From positions 62,001 through 126,000 of the forward strand of contig AP026141.1 of assembly GCA_030295235.1 (NCBI GenBank): a stretch of DNA of 64,000 bases, in the 5' to 3' direction. Source of the DNA: Fistulifera solaris. Lineage: Eukaryota. The position numbers were made by a program, and so were the translations under genes. Below the pieces are notes generated by a model. It was not told the origin of the DNA, did not search any database, and saw only the letters and a list, made by a program, of their open reading frames with translations. Positions 38,215 through 51,605 of the stretch are shown in pieces. The stretch's first letter is position 1, and each line of letters starts with the position of its first letter.

Positions 38215-38530
38215 TACCGACTGACTAGCACAGTTGGTTACTCTCCGGTTGACGAAACCGGAGGGGCGAGGTTCGATACGGTGGTTGGTCGATCTTGGCG
38301 CCCAGCGCCGTAGATGAGAGTCTTGAGATGATCGGTGGTCTCCGGTCGTGTCTGAATCAGACAGGAGCCCCTCCGCTCCGATTGTGACCTGGCAACGGTT
38401 CGGTGTTCGGTGGATTCTATCCATTGTCCACTTGGTTAGTTGTGTTTCTCTAACTCGATTAGGGACTCGGTTCTCTTGTAGGGATAGGACGCAAGCATTA
38501 AGCATAGTAAATTCTAGCCATTTTTTTTTT
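38215..38530 (+). mobile_element. tRNA-derived SINE with poly(T) tail and 16-bp TSD
   Basis: TSD ctttggtgaatatgga at 38199-38214 and 38531-38546. Box A TAGCACAGTTGG at 38226-37 and box B GGTTCGATAC at 38270-79. Acceptor-like stem gactgac/gttggtc. T10 tail at 38521-30. Confidence 0.88.
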
Positions 38531-39226
38531 CTTTGGTGAATATGGAAGACAACGTTTCGCAAGGTTTTCGACGTAAAGTATAATGCCGTGTAATACAAAC
38601 GCTGTAACGGCAATCGGAGCTAAAGAAAATGGATGAACAAACGAGTCGTTGGTAATATCGTCGCTTGAGAGAATATTAGTGTTTTGACTGAATTGCAGTC
38701 TTGGGTGTTGGATAAGTTGAGCTTACCGAAATTCTGAAGAATTGGGTTTTTCCTTTAGAAACGACGTTAAAATTCTGCCTCGCCGTAGGCTCTACGTAGA
38801 AATTTGTACCGAGAGGCAGAATTTTAACGTCCTTTCGCGACGCTCTTCCTTTTTTACATAAGCCGCCTCGACGTCTAGCCTCGGCGCTTTCTGGCAATGC
38901 CTTCCGTGAGCTTCGTTCATACTCGCTCTTCTCGTACACACCAGCTGTACGAGGGCGACGAGTACGAGGGGCTCGTTCCCTTGGAGGAAACTGTGAGACC
39001 ATGATCATGATGTGACATGTGACGATGTGACTCAAGCACACGCAGGACCGCTACACGCAACGCACGACGCACGCACACACGCAGAGATTTTGTCATAGCC
39101 CCATGGCCATGGCCCGCCATATTTTTGCATCACCATTCTTCTTCTTTTCCTTTATTGAATAATTCATCATTCCATCACTTCCTCTCGCTCCTCTCTTTTC
39201 GCTTTTGATGGATCACAGATACAGAC

Positions 39227-40065
39227 ATGATAATACCCAATCATGCCGTACGTTTCTTCCTTGCTGGCGTTCTAATGTCGTTATTGAACAATAGACGCAT
39301 GCTAGTCGACGGTTTCACTGTGACGGTCGCCTTTCGATCTGTCTACAATCACATTGCATTCCTCCCATTTTCGACACAGCCAACAAGATATGCAATGGCT
39401 CATAATACAGAGGACGATGATACCGACTGGACTCCCGTCAAAATCAATGAAGTAATCGATAGCGACACGAACGTCTTAGACGATGATGATTGGCTTCCCG
39501 ACCGTGAACGTGTTCGACAACAAAAAGCCAAAGCGCGTCTTTATGCGGAGAAAGTGGGTCCTTCGCCTTACACCGAAGATGAAGAAGAAGTCATTGCGGC
39601 CATGGGGGCAAAACACGACAAGCACCTCGTGAACAGGGATTCCTGGGCGATTCCACCTTGCAAGAGATTTGTACCGATTACAGTGTCCCCATTTGTTACA
39701 TAGCCGATGTTTTGTGTATGTGGGGTACTGAACCACCCATTCATGTACACGATCGATTGGGTGATTTGGTAACGGGGGAACAGGCTTTTGCCTTGTTGGA
39801 AGCCGTCAACTCGCTGGATGTCGCCGCCTTACAAGATCGGTATTCGAATCAGAGTTTGTGGCAAGTCTGTCAGGAATGGGAGATTGATCTAGCGCAAGGC
39901 TTTCAAATGGCCATGACAGAAGGATGGAGTTTACCGTTTGGGGTACATACCAATTTGCGGGTGGAACAGGAAAATGAACTGATACGTGTTTTAGGCAATC
40001 CGCTGGCGATGACCCGAGGAACGGATGATGACGACGAAGACTACGATTGGGATGATGACGACTAA
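39227..40065 (+). CDS. Hypothetical protein with signal peptide and acidic tail (frameshift ~39615)
   Basis: Two overlapping ORFs join into a protein-like sequence (GFLGDSTLQEICTDYSVPICYIADVL). Confidence 0.65.
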
Positions 40066-40269
40066 AACATCATTGACAGCAAATAACAAATGTATAAATT
40101 TAGTTTAAATCATTTATATAGTATAGATTCACTCAGGGGGTGTCAGTATCAACATTAGCAACAGTCGCAGCCCCCATGCACGCATGGTTAAGAGGAGTCT
40201 CCGCCGAATAGTGACAGAGTCTCAACTCCTACATATATAATCATGTTCATCAGATTCGAGGACAAGATA

Positions 40270-41805
40270 CTACTCCTCGTCTGAATTGGTTCCCATAGAC
40301 TGCAAGGAACGCGTCGTTAAATGCATGGTACGATCTCCCGCAAGTTCCACCGCATCGCCGAGGCGTTCGTGAATTTGATTGATTTCATCCGTGATTTGTA
40401 TACAAAAAGCTTTCATAGAGGGTCGCAGATTGGGCAAGTCACTCCAAGCGCGCTCCATAGTGTTATGAAGTGCCGCTGGGAGTATGTTGTTTATTTTGCG
40501 CGGGCGTTTCTGCTTTTCAACGACATGTTCAAAATGCTTCGACGCGCAGAAATTAGGAAAGGGCGTTTCGAGGGCGAATAACTCCCACAATAGAATAGAA
40601 TACGAAAAGACATCGGCGGAGAATCCGTACGGCTCGCAGCGCACGACTTCCGGAGCCATGTATCGCCGACTGCCCGTCAAACCCGTACACTCGTAACGAT
40701 CGGGGGCTTCAACGAGATCTTTTGCTTTCAGCTCCTTAGCTAAACCAAAGTCAAACACTTGCAGATCATTTCGAACATTAAATCCAAGGCTGAAACACAT
40801 GTTGAGCACAAATGAGATGAGCAAGGGAGGGTGCAATCCACACAGACACGTACTTATCAGGTTTCAAGTCTCTGAAGAGAATTTTCTTGCCATGCAAGAA
40901 ATTGAGCGCCCGGGCAATGTCCAATGCCACCACCAAGCGTTCCGCTAGAAACATCTCCTCTTCCGGTGTGACTTTCTTAACAATTAATTGCTGCAACCAA
41001 TTCTTCTTTGTTTTCTTTTGGCTTGTTGCCATTCGATTAATCGTTCTCCCAATGTACAAGTCAATCGATCCAGAACAAGCCCAAAGGACGACGTCCCTGG
41101 TTCTCCGACCGTCGCACGCAAGCGTATAATATTGGTGTGCGTTGTGCATTCGAGAAAGCGGGCTTCGCAGGCTAAATCAAGAATCGCATCCAATCGATCG
41201 CACGCATCCGGTTTCAAACGTTTCAACGCGTACCGTGGGACACCGTCGCGCAGGACACGAGCGGCCACTCGCGCTTTTAATGAAGCAATTGTTATCGCAC
41301 CTTTCTTACTCTTCGGTTGCTCTTTTGGTTTGCTGCCTGCATCATCGTCGTCACTAGAAAAGTCGTCTTTGACGCAATCACAAATGGCGTGGGCCTTCTT
41401 TCGCACAGAGATAGTCTCATCGTCTTCTTTCGTTTCACCTTCTTCGGAATCACTCGTTAAAATCGTAATCGATTTCGGAGGTATAAAAGGCGACGGCGGA
41501 AGCGGTGCAGCGTAATCATCTTCTGGATATACTGTAGAGCCGGGAGGACAGGGATCTCCGGGAGGAACTAATACGTCAACAATCTCCAATACTAACCCGA
41601 ATTCGCCACGACCAAGCTCATCGCCTACGATGATTTCTGAAGGATCACGAAAGGAAGGAATCGATCGGGCCGGGTTTTCTTCAAAGAACTTAGAGTCTTC
41701 GATCAAGTCGTTCAAGACGAGCGCGGTAGTCGCTAACGTTTCATGCTTGTGAGGGGGAAACCGCACGCGCTTTGCGCTGCCCGACCGACGTGATGGAGAT
41801 ATCAC
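40270..41805 (-). CDS. Ser/Thr (TKL-like) protein kinase; start codon uncertain
   Basis: LGRGEFGLV, YALKRL, ILFRDLKPDN (across intron 40853-40790), DFGLAKEL, TGSRRYMAPE and DVFSY. Frameshift near 41000. Confidence 0.88.
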
Positions 41806-42722
41806 TGTTGATTGCTTGTGATGAAGTCATCGACTCGCATGTCATGTGCTGTAATGAAATGTGGTTAAAAAAAACTATGTAACAAGAGAAGCGGTCTGCG
41901 TTTTATCAAAGCAACAAAAAGTTCAAGAAAGGAGACGGAGGAACACCGTGACAAATGTGACAGTTCCGCATCATCCAACATCACACTACATTAATACTCC
42001 GTAATTATAACTTCGCTCTCAACGGCGACCAAGCTACATAATAAGAATACAGTACCCATCGGACCGGTAATTATTTTTCTCCGTTTTTACTCTTGCCTCA
42101 AGAAGTCACGCGCGCCTAGTACTTTTCTAAGGAAATAACTGGCTATAGCCATCTTTTATTATTTCAAACTGCTTTTCATTGATACAGTCTAGCTTTTGGT
42201 TCCCGAGCAGTTTCCCTAGTTAACAATAGAAAAGAGAGACCAATAATTACTAATAGTCCGCTCGTACCGAGGGAAGCAAACCAATTTTGTGCAAGAATCT
42301 TCCCTCAATAGCTTATTCTAATCGAAAATACTCAGCAAGGGATAACGAAACGAGAATATCAAGCGTGCAACCCTAAGGTAGGGAAATTAATCAGCATAGG
42401 GGGCCTCGGGTATATTGAAATTTCAACCTCGAAAATCTCAGAGCCTCTCTAGAGATGATGCGAATCAATTTTCCCACAAGAATGATGACTAAAAAATAGC
42501 TCAAATCATCAGTCTAGCCACCAAACATGAATAACGACCAATAAAGCAAAGCTTTAACACTCTACGCAGACAGATAGGAAATTATTGATCGTCTTTATAG
42601 AGCTGAAATGATAAATCACGAACTATTACAAGTTCCTCCGTTCGAACGGAAGCGCGTAAATCCTGCCGCATACTTTCTGAAGCCCTTCCAATCTTTGAAA
42701 TTTAACGAGCAACTGTAGCAAG

Positions 42723-43882
42723 CTACGCCTTGTCTTGAATGACCCAAGATGGACATCCCAATGCCGGCAAATTCTCTTGCGGAGCGGCGCACGAAGCCAT
42801 TTTTTCATCCCAAGTGTTCATGACGCAATACCATTCGCCTTCGTACTGCTTGGCGTCCATGCTCTTCAACAAGGCCCGCCATTTTCCGCATTTCTGGTTG
42901 CAGCAACGAATCCATTCATACGCATCCTTCGAACTGAGAGTGCGCTTCTTCTGTCGAGTCGCCAATGGCTGACGCGCTTCGTAGGCTTCGTTTGTTTGCA
43001 AGCGGCGAACCCAAACGCGAAAATGTCGACGGGTACGAGCATCCGCTGCCGATTCGGGTGTGTGCGGTGTCTCGTATTCTTCTTCCGGTGCCGAACAACG
43101 AGCGCGTTCGGGGTCGTTCTTGTTCATGCTGCAATACCACTTCGAAGGAAGTTTCTTTTCGTCAACAACACCACGCAATCGGCGCCACTTTTTGCACTTA
43201 TCACACTCGACCCAAGTGGCGTTAGAAGAGCCGGTGGTTTGCCCAAAGATTGACCCCCGTCGCGGACCATATCCGGATCTTCCGTGTTCTCGAACAAAGC
43301 ATCCTGATCCTTTTTACCCTTTTTAGTGACCGGTGCAGGGGCGGTAGCTCCCGAGGCAGTAGCCGCTGCTGTCTGAGCGCGACGAAGTTTCTTCTTGGTC
43401 TTTTCCGCCGCAACATCTTGCCCTTGTTTCGGGGATTCAACTTCCTCAACCTCGTCATTCTCTCGTTCTTCTTCCTCCTCTTCATCGTCATCTTCATCAT
43501 CCTCCTTATCACGTAGTATCTTAGGTTGCCCCAGATACTTGCGAGCCGCGTGCTGCAAGGCCGAACGGTCCAAACGGATGGCTTGGCCGAAGTACAGAAA
43601 AGGTTCGTCTTCGGAGTCACTATCTGAGTAATCGACAATACTTCCCTGGGCACTGTACTTGTCTTCTTCTAGCGCGCGGCGCATTTGATCGTTAACAGCT
43701 TGCTGAGCTGCATCAGTACGACGGATCGCTTTGGGTAACTTGGTGCGTTTCGCAGCATTCGGATTGCCGTTACCGCCGTTGTTGCTGCTGCTGCTCGACG
43801 GCAGAGGGCGTTTGTTGGGTTTGTTATTTACCTTCTTGACTTTGCGAGACTCATCCACGATACTGCTTGTTTCCGCTTCCAT
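42723..43882 (-). CDS. Protein with two CW-type zinc fingers
   Basis: WVECDKCKKWR...KWYCSMN...CSAPEE and WIRCCNQKCGKWR...WYCVMNTWD...CAAPQE. Basic and acidic N-terminal region. Frameshift near 43270. Confidence 0.85.
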
Positions 43883-44267
43883 GATTGCAGGAATTTAGTA
43901 GAGTTTCCTTTGAATAAACGATAGAATGAGAGAAGCAATGAAACGTTTTTCGGCCTTATTTGTTGCGCTTGCCTTCATCATCGCGTCGTCGAAAATTGCG
44001 CAGTTTTTGTGTCTGCCGCGGCCGCGCGGTGAAAATCGCCCACGCGAAGATTGCATTGTCGTAGAGGTTTTGTTTGTTGTTCGCGGTACTCGCAGCTAGG
44101 ACTCCCATCGCCCGAGTTCCTATTCATTCACTTTATGTGTGTTTCATTTCGAGGACTCCCACGAGCTTTTTGCCCCCTCTTTCCTCTTTCTCCTATTTCA
44201 TCTTTTTTCTCACAAAATCAATCATCATCGTCCTTTCGATCAAATATTAAAACCAAAACAAACCATC

Positions 44268-44582
44268 ATGAAATTCACTCGATCGTTGATTTCTTACTTT
44301 CTCGGCTGTTCAGGTCCCACCTGGAACTTTCGTGTCACGTGCGATACTGCTATTGGTATCGAAACGACCGATGGGCGGTTCGATGTTTCCATTCCCTTTC
44401 ATCGTCTAGAAATGACCGCTTTGCATGAGCAGGAATACCAAGTCACGTGGCAATGCTGTGTCTGTATCCCCGACGACGACACCAACCCGCCCCAGCTCGT
44501 CGACTACTTTGGGAATGAACACTTTTTGAGCCGTTGTCAAGTGCAACCTGACGCACCAGCGTCGTCAGTATCTACCCACTGA
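44268..44582 (+). CDS. Small Cys-rich hypothetical protein (copy 1)
   Basis: MKFTRSLISYFLGCSGP...VTCD...WQCCVCIP. Shares motifs with its downstream neighbour. Confidence 0.5.
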   Translation: MKFTRSLISYFLGCSGPTWNFRVTCDTAIGIETTDGRFDVSIPFHRLEMTALHEQEYQVTWQCCVCIPDDDTNPPQLVDYFGNEHFLSRCQVQPDAPASSVSTH

Positions 44583-44972
44583 TCGCTGAATGGACGCGAG
44601 CATCGTCTACTTTCGAAACGTTAATATATTATAATTGAATAAGTTACTTTCTACAGCACATTTATCATCGAATGACTACTGGTAAAACCTCAAAGCAACC
44701 CATTGCTTGGCATGCATTCATGTTGACGACAATTGACATTATGTAATATGACGTCAATGTTCAATCATGGCTTCGATGCGAAGGCCACCTCGGTGCTTTT
44801 TTGAAAGGACTCCCACGGTAATAACAAAAACACAACAAACCCGCAAACTGTGATTAAAATAAAGACTCCTCCCACGCCCCACAATCTTTTGCGTTTTCTT
44901 CTTTCCTCTATTGCCTTTCTGCTCATAAAAAAAACATTCGTCATCCCTCAAACAGCAGTCTTCGTTCTCAAC

Positions 44973-45362
44973 ATGCTTTTACGTCGCTGGCTTACATCCA
45001 TGATGGGGATAGGCTGTTCTGGTCCTCCTCCGACTCGAAGAAATATTTATGTGGAATGCAATCATTCTGAAATGCATCACAGCATGGTGCATGGACTCGC
45101 ATCATCGTTTCCGGGAGAAATGGTGGTAGTCGAGCGCACTGGAGTCGATTCGCAATACGTCGGAATGTTTCATTGCTGCTTTTGTCCTCCGGGCAAACAA
45201 GACAATCATCATCGTTACGATACTGACGATGACGACTGGTTTAACATCACGACGTGGGAAAGTGAATTGACGCGCTGGGCTCAAACCATTTATGACGATG
45301 TTGAGCATTGTGCTATTGTGATTGAGCCACACGACACCATGATCACCTCGTTGTCAGCATAA
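44973..45362 (+). CDS. Small Cys-rich hypothetical protein (copy 2)
   Basis: MLLRRWLTSMMGIGCSGP...VECN...FHCCFCPP. Confidence 0.5.
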   Translation: MLLRRWLTSMMGIGCSGPPPTRRNIYVECNHSEMHHSMVHGLASSFPGEMVVVERTGVDSQYVGMFHCCFCPPGKQDNHHRYDTDDDDWFNITTWESELTRWAQTIYDDVEHCAIVIEPHDTMITSLSA

Positions 45363-46091
45363 GTAAAACGCGACTCTCAACGAACATTCATTCATAAAGT
45401 AAATATCCTATCGCCTAACATAAACACGTGGTAGTCTAGCAAATTGATTAGTCGTCGTCGCCGCCGTTTTTTTTGTCATGGTTGCAAGTATTGCAAAACA
45501 TTTGCTCAGCGGTCAAGTTGTCTTCCAAATTTACTATAGATCAAAGTGTTGGTTTACGAAACAACGTTGTACTAGTGGGATTCGATGCGGTAGTCAATCT
45601 GCCTATGAATAAGTTACTATAGGCCAAAGTGAAGATTACTTTTTATCCCGACTGCATTTCATTCTTGAGTCATGAGTCATAAGCTAAGATTTTCCGAGCA
45701 AGAATTTCGTTAATCCAGTCCGGCCTAACTGCTTAATAAAACTACAGCTGTTTCTAATAAGTGTGAAGAGGTTGTGACTAGAAGTGACTTCCGTGCAAAT
45801 ATTCAACTTGAGTTTGCATTGCTTTCTGTGGTAGTTTCAAACCTGCCTATCATGCGCTAATCTTACTTTATTTTAGGGTCTAGGTTAAAAATTAGGTCTG
45901 CCATGCGTACGTCTTTTCTTTCTTTTTTCAAACACGAACGTTTCCAGCCACGCGCGTCGCTTTTTTCCTCCTTTATTTTCACCGCAGTCGATCGCAAAGA
46001 AGAAGACGATACCTTAACGTTGCGATTGTTGAGCATTCCTCCCGGGTAAAACGTTCTCCCTGTATCTAATTCATTATTCCGTATCGCCATC

Positions 46092-48099
46092 ATGGGAAAA
46101 GGGAAGGCGAAAATCATGAAAATGGTCAACAAAAAGGCCAAAAAGAGCAAAAGCGAACTGTCCTCGCGACAACGGTGGAGCGGCGGCAATGAACCGATCC
46201 GTAACAGCCACTTACGAGGTTTTGATTTTGGTTTTAATTCTGTCGAAGAGTCAGCAAAAAGAAGAACAAGAAGAAAAAGAAGGACAAGTCAAACGAGACA
46301 AAGAGCGGACAGCATTCCAATAAAGGTCAGAATAAACAAAGTGATGCCAGCAATTCAACTGCTTCCGCAAGTCTCGAACGCAACAACAGTTTAAATCGAT
46401 CATCTCCTTGGCTAGAAACGCAACCTACGACAGAAGCAAGAGGAATAGTAGAGCAGCGCCCGCACAAGCGTCCCCGATCTATTGCTAATTTACCGACTGT
46501 GAATATTCCGACAGACTTACTGGATGAAGAATTGCTGGCTTTTGCAGCCTACGTGCAACTGACTCCGGAAGAGCAAGCAGCACGAGAAGCCTTAGTACAG
46601 TCCTTGCAGGAAGTTGCAGCGAAACAACAACAGGAAGTTCGTGTCTTTGGATCCTTTGCAACGCCTCAAGTGTGTGTCTTTTCTTCCGACATAGACATTG
46701 CTTTGTGGGGCGCCATTTCGGATCCACCAGCACCAGCACCGAAAATTAAAGCAGCTCCCACATCGGAACAATTGGAACAAGAACGCAAACGACAGCGAAT
46801 AGAGTCGTGGAGGGCGGCTTTGGCGCAAGTGGATGCGGAAAATGAAACGGCACCGGATGGTGTGCGGCACGCTTCGGTGGGAAGTTTACAGGAAGCGCTT
46901 TCTACCACCAAATCAACGGAAGACGATGCGTCTCCTACCTTTGTAATCGATCGGGTTGGGTTTGTTGCGGATTCGTCCGATATAGTCCTTGAAGATAGCA
47001 CCACCGCTCAACCGCAAATATCCCCTTCCCACGAGTCTTTTGACGAAAGTGACGATGACGACTCAGCGGATAAGATGGAATCCTATCATCGCTCTCAGTC
47101 AAGGCCATCCGAAGTTCAACCGAGCTATTCTCGATATGTCAGTCTTTCGTCGGAAAGTTCGGATGACGACAGTGTTTTGGACGACGACGACGATACGAAT
47201 GTCAATAACATGCAAGTGTCTTTTTTCAATAATCCGCTGCAAGCACGAGCGGGTCCAACGGGACGGATACGTAATAAGGTTTTAGATGCTTTGGGTTCTT
47301 TCCGACAAGACATACGCTCCATGAACTCGAAATGGATTCGGAAGGTCACGTTCATAACGAAAGCTCGGGTACCTATCTTGAAGATGGATACGACACTAGG
47401 TGTGGAAGTCGATGTGGCGATCGGGGGCATAATGGGACAGATACGAGTCAATTTGCGGCGAAACAAAGTGAACTTTACAAAAGGTATGCGGATTTGTGAT
47501 GTGCATTATGTTTTGTGTGTGTCAGGGTTTTGTCAGTCTTCTTACGACCCCTCTAGTTTCGCCACCGTAGTTTTGTTTTTAAAGGCATTGTTGCACCAGC
47601 ACCGTCTTGACGTTCCATATACGGGGGTTTGGGGAGCTACAAGTTGTACGTTTTAGTAGCGTATCACATTCAACAACACTTGTTAGCCGGTGGGCAAGAT
47701 GAGCCTGGAGAAGTGCTGATGAGCTTCTTTTTTCGTTTTGGAGATATTCATGGCTTTAGCCACGTCTCACAGAGATGCCGAACAAGGTTGAGGCAGCATG
47801 AACCTCTCTATTACCAAGATGACACCATCGCTGACCTTTCCAACGTATTTAATCTGGAATTGTGCAGGGGATTATTTCGCCGCTCTTGGGATTTGCTTTT
47901 GAAAACTTTGACAACAACAAAGAAATCTAAGGGGACGAGATCGCCTGTCTTGCGACACCTGATTGACGGCCACCAAATTCGTGCTCAGCGAAATCTTTGT
48001 CAGCTTCAGACTGCACAAGTCGCTAAAAAACTACTGCCAGCAAAACGGAAGATTGTAGACGAAGCTAGCGTACCCGCGATAAAGCGACTTCGTTTTTAA
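46092..48099 (+). CDS. Non-canonical poly(A) polymerase, Trf4/PAPD5-like nucleotidyltransferase
   Basis: VFGSFAT..SSDIDIAL, ARVPILK, VDVAIGG and GLGSYKLY motifs. Intron at 47484-47556. Frameshifts in G-runs at ~47425 and ~47625. The 5' structure is uncertain. Confidence 0.82.
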
Positions 48100-48459
48100 T
48101 GAATCGCTTTGTAAACAGGAGGTGAGTTGCGCTAAAATCGAAGAAACCACAGCATGATCTGCTAATTACTGATGAAGAAAACAATAGGACTAAGATCATC
48201 ACTTTGATATCGATAAGATTAAAAAGCCGAGCGAAATGCTCGTGACCAGTGAGATTTTAAGACGCAAAGACCAGGGCGACGGTTTTGACGTGTGACTACT
48301 AGGTATGAAGCAGTTAATTTCAGACACTCTGTCAACGCATCTTGCATCACTCTCTGTCAACGTATCTTGAATCATAACAAGCCATTGTCTGCAGTTAAAA
48401 TATGTATTGTATATCGAATATGTAACGACTGTCGAGGCAAAAGTTTGCTTCGCTTTGTG

Positions 48460-49382
48460 TCAGATTTCTTTTGACCATGAACACTGTGAACTTGTCGCAA
48501 CCGGCCACCTTCCACCGAAGCAGCTTGAGACTTCTTCGACGGTGCCGTCGCGATATGTGAGAGAAAACGAAGTAGCACCCGATTGTCCGTCCAAATCGGC
48601 ACCCCAAGTAGCTCCTGAGACACGGCTTAGGTTAATCCTCTTTCCACCGAGAGTCATCGAGACGGCTTTGACACTTGTGTGCCCTCCGGCAACTAACACT
48701 TTGGTATAAAACGCATTGTCACCAGTTAACACGACGACTGTCGGCGGTGTAAAAATGCAATCGACTCGCTTGAAGTAAACCGGAAAGATACCACCTACTG
48801 AGTTCCCTGTGATCTCTTCAAAGACTTCCGGCTGGCAGTCAAATCCCCTTATGTCACCATGGTTGATGACTTGAACAGTAGCTTTACCAGCACGGCCATG
48901 ATTGGTGGCTTTCTCTCCAGTGTATGTGACCTCGTAGCAAGTGCCGCATTCTAGGCCGTCTTGAAACATCTCAATTGGCACAGCGCATACTCTTGTACCG
49001 TTGAATGTATACGGCTCCAACCAGCTACTTCCCTGAGCAATGGAAGCCGGCTGCGTCAGTTGACAAGAGCCTGGTGGTATAGGGTGCGTGGGAGTTTGCC
49101 ATCGAGTCATTATTGCTTTGACTGTAATTCGTCATCAAATGAAACGATAGTAAGCACTAGATAACAGAGTAGATAAAATGTATTTTGCTCGAAATACTTA
49201 CTGGTTCCGGGAGGAATGCTTATTTGTTCGTTCTCATCAGGGATACCATTCTCAAAGTCCACTTCGTTGCGAGGGCTGGCAAATTCACAGACGTCTTTCA
49301 GCCATCGCTCTGCATGACTGTGAGGTAAGCATCCAAAGGCCAAAAGCGCAAAAACTGCTAATTCAAACTGATTCTTCATCAT
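48460..49382 (-). CDS. Secreted expansin-like protein 1 (DPBB plus CBM63-like)
   Basis: Signal peptide and intron 49201-49122. Motifs GSC, CAV, CGTCYEV, GFDC and VYFKRVDC, followed by a beta-rich C-domain. Confidence 0.8.
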
Positions 49383-50063
49383 CGTCAACGTTGTAGCTCA
49401 AAATCTGTCGATTGATTGGAAAAGTTTTCCTCTCTCATCTCTCATTTTTTATTTGTGTGCATCCGTGAGACACGCCGATAAAAGATGTTCACGGACAACC
49501 GTTTGCTGAATCTTTACAGCAAGCAGGGGCCAATATAATCGGTGATAAGCCTAAACGAACGTCAAATTTATTAGTACTGAGCTTCATGTTTCATTCTTGA
49601 GCCTCGGAAACCAAAATACGATGGCTTAAGTTCAAAATGGTAGTCTACTTTTTAGCCAGCAGTGGAGTAGCACGTAAAGAATGACCGGATCGGAAACGTC
49701 GCAATGGACAATCAACACTTACACTTACAAATTGAAAATCGGAACGTGAGATTTATAATGACTACGATAGTACATGTTCGCCTTCTTTCTTCACGCATCT
49801 TCAAAAAATCCCTCATTTATCTCCAATCAATCGGTCGACTGCATTGATAATTACAAGCAAGTATCCTTTGTTAAGCTCATCAAAACTACACATAACTACA
49901 TCATGACAAACTCCTTGAAGGAAGCCAGAGCATCAGACTGTTGGAACGGCTGATAGACTAATCGTTGAAAGAACTATTTGTGATGTGGTGTACTTTATAG
50001 ATTACGGAATGGAGGAAAGGGCATCGATTGGCCAGCTTCCTTTATGGATTTATCATGACTTGT

Positions 50064-50982
50064 TCATGAGCATTGTGAACTTGTCGCGACAGGCCACTTC
50101 CCATCGAAACACCCCGTAACGGTTTCGACTGTGCCGTCGCGATATGTGAGAGAAAATGAAGTAGCACCCGATTTTCCCTCAAGCTTGGTACCCCAGGTGG
50201 CACCCGACACACGAGTTAGGTTAAATCTCTTTCCTCCTAGGGTCATAGAAACGGCCTTCACTCCCATGTGTCCTCCAGCCACCAGAACCTTGGTGTAGAA
50301 AACATTGTTACCGGTTAACACAACTACAGTCGGTGGTGTAAAAATGCAATCAACACGCTTGAAATAAATGGGGAAGATGCCACCAACTGAGTTCCCCGTG
50401 ATCTCTTGGAATACTTCAGGTTGGCAGTCGAAACCTCGAATATCTCCGTGATTGATAACTTGCACGATTGCCTTGCCAGCACGGCCTGGATTCGTCGCTT
50501 TCTCACCAGTGTATGTGACCTCGTAGCAGGTGCTACATTCTAGGCCAGCCTGGAACATTGCGGTCGGCACAGCACAGACTCTTGTACCGTTTAACGCGTA
50601 TGGTTCTAACCAAGTTCTTCCTTCGGCAATGGAAGGGTCTTGGGTGAGCTGACAAGAACCAGGTGGTATGGCATAGCCCGGCGTCTGCCATCTTGTCATC
50701 ACTCCCTTGGCTGCCAAAAGAGATAAGGTAATGCACCAGTGGCGTTAGCTAATGTCGAATGGAATAACACAAATCGATACAACAAGATGCCGACTTACTT
50801 GCTCCAACAGGGATGCCTATTTGTCCTTCAGGGACGTTGTTGGCCGGATCATCTATTTCGTCGGGAGGACCGCCTGTTACGCCACAAGAAACTTGTAGCC
50901 ATCGCTCTGCATGACTTTGGGGCAAGCTCCCGACCACCAATAAGGTGAAAATAACGCTGAAGAGGTGCTTTGATTTCATCAT
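50064..50982 (-). CDS. Secreted expansin-like protein 2
   Basis: Signal peptide and intron 50798-50711. The core is highly similar to copy 1. Confidence 0.8.
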
Positions 50983-51605
50983 GATCAATTTTTGTGAGAA
51001 ATAAAAGCAGACGATCGGCTTTGCAAACGTTGCGTCTTGTGTTTTGTGGTTTTGTGAGACCATTATAATGTGTCGAAAAAATGGGGTAATGTGGGGCTAT
51101 AGTACAAATGACGGTTATAAGAATTTCTATGATGACTTCCTTTCAAGTTTTCAAAGAGCGCATGCGTCTCGCACTTCTCCAGTCAACGGTAAGAATTAGG
51201 AGCAACGGTCGGAATGAATCTTGGTTCTGTGTTGAATGGATACTTGGTCGTGGTGGTAATCTTACGCCTCAAACTTGCCTCAACTTTATCCTTTTGTGCC
51301 CTTTCCATAACAGATGGAAGTCGGAGTGCTGAATGAGGCATTTTGCCGTCAACGAAGCACAAAACACGGATCAGACATCAGACCGATCCACATCATCAAA
51401 CGGAGTCGCTCTGAAACTTCATCTTTCCATCAAGCACCACGTCAATCAAACCTAAGTGTGGAACAGGTAAACTAAATCTCAAAAATGACGTTATCTAATC
51501 GGTGTCAATGGTTAGTTTGCAGATACAAGCTTTAAGAGCACATTTCAAGCTGCTACAAGCGTTGTTAGTTGCTAAATTCTACTCCGATCTATGTTTCGTG
51601 TTTAG

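Larger units (their letters stand above)
36700..38700. repeat. ~226-bp tandem repeat family, interrupted by a MITE and a SINE
   Basis: catagtaaatacggaagacaccg occurs at 37795 and 38021 (offset 226). Degenerate copies at ~36715-36790 plus 37584-37700, and at ~38165-38214 plus 38547-38700. Confidence 0.88.

Noticed and set aside
38219..38291. Functional tRNA gene
   Set aside because: The D- and T-stems do not pair and the anticodon loop is non-canonical. It lies within a TSD-bounded insertion, so it is interpreted as a SINE head.
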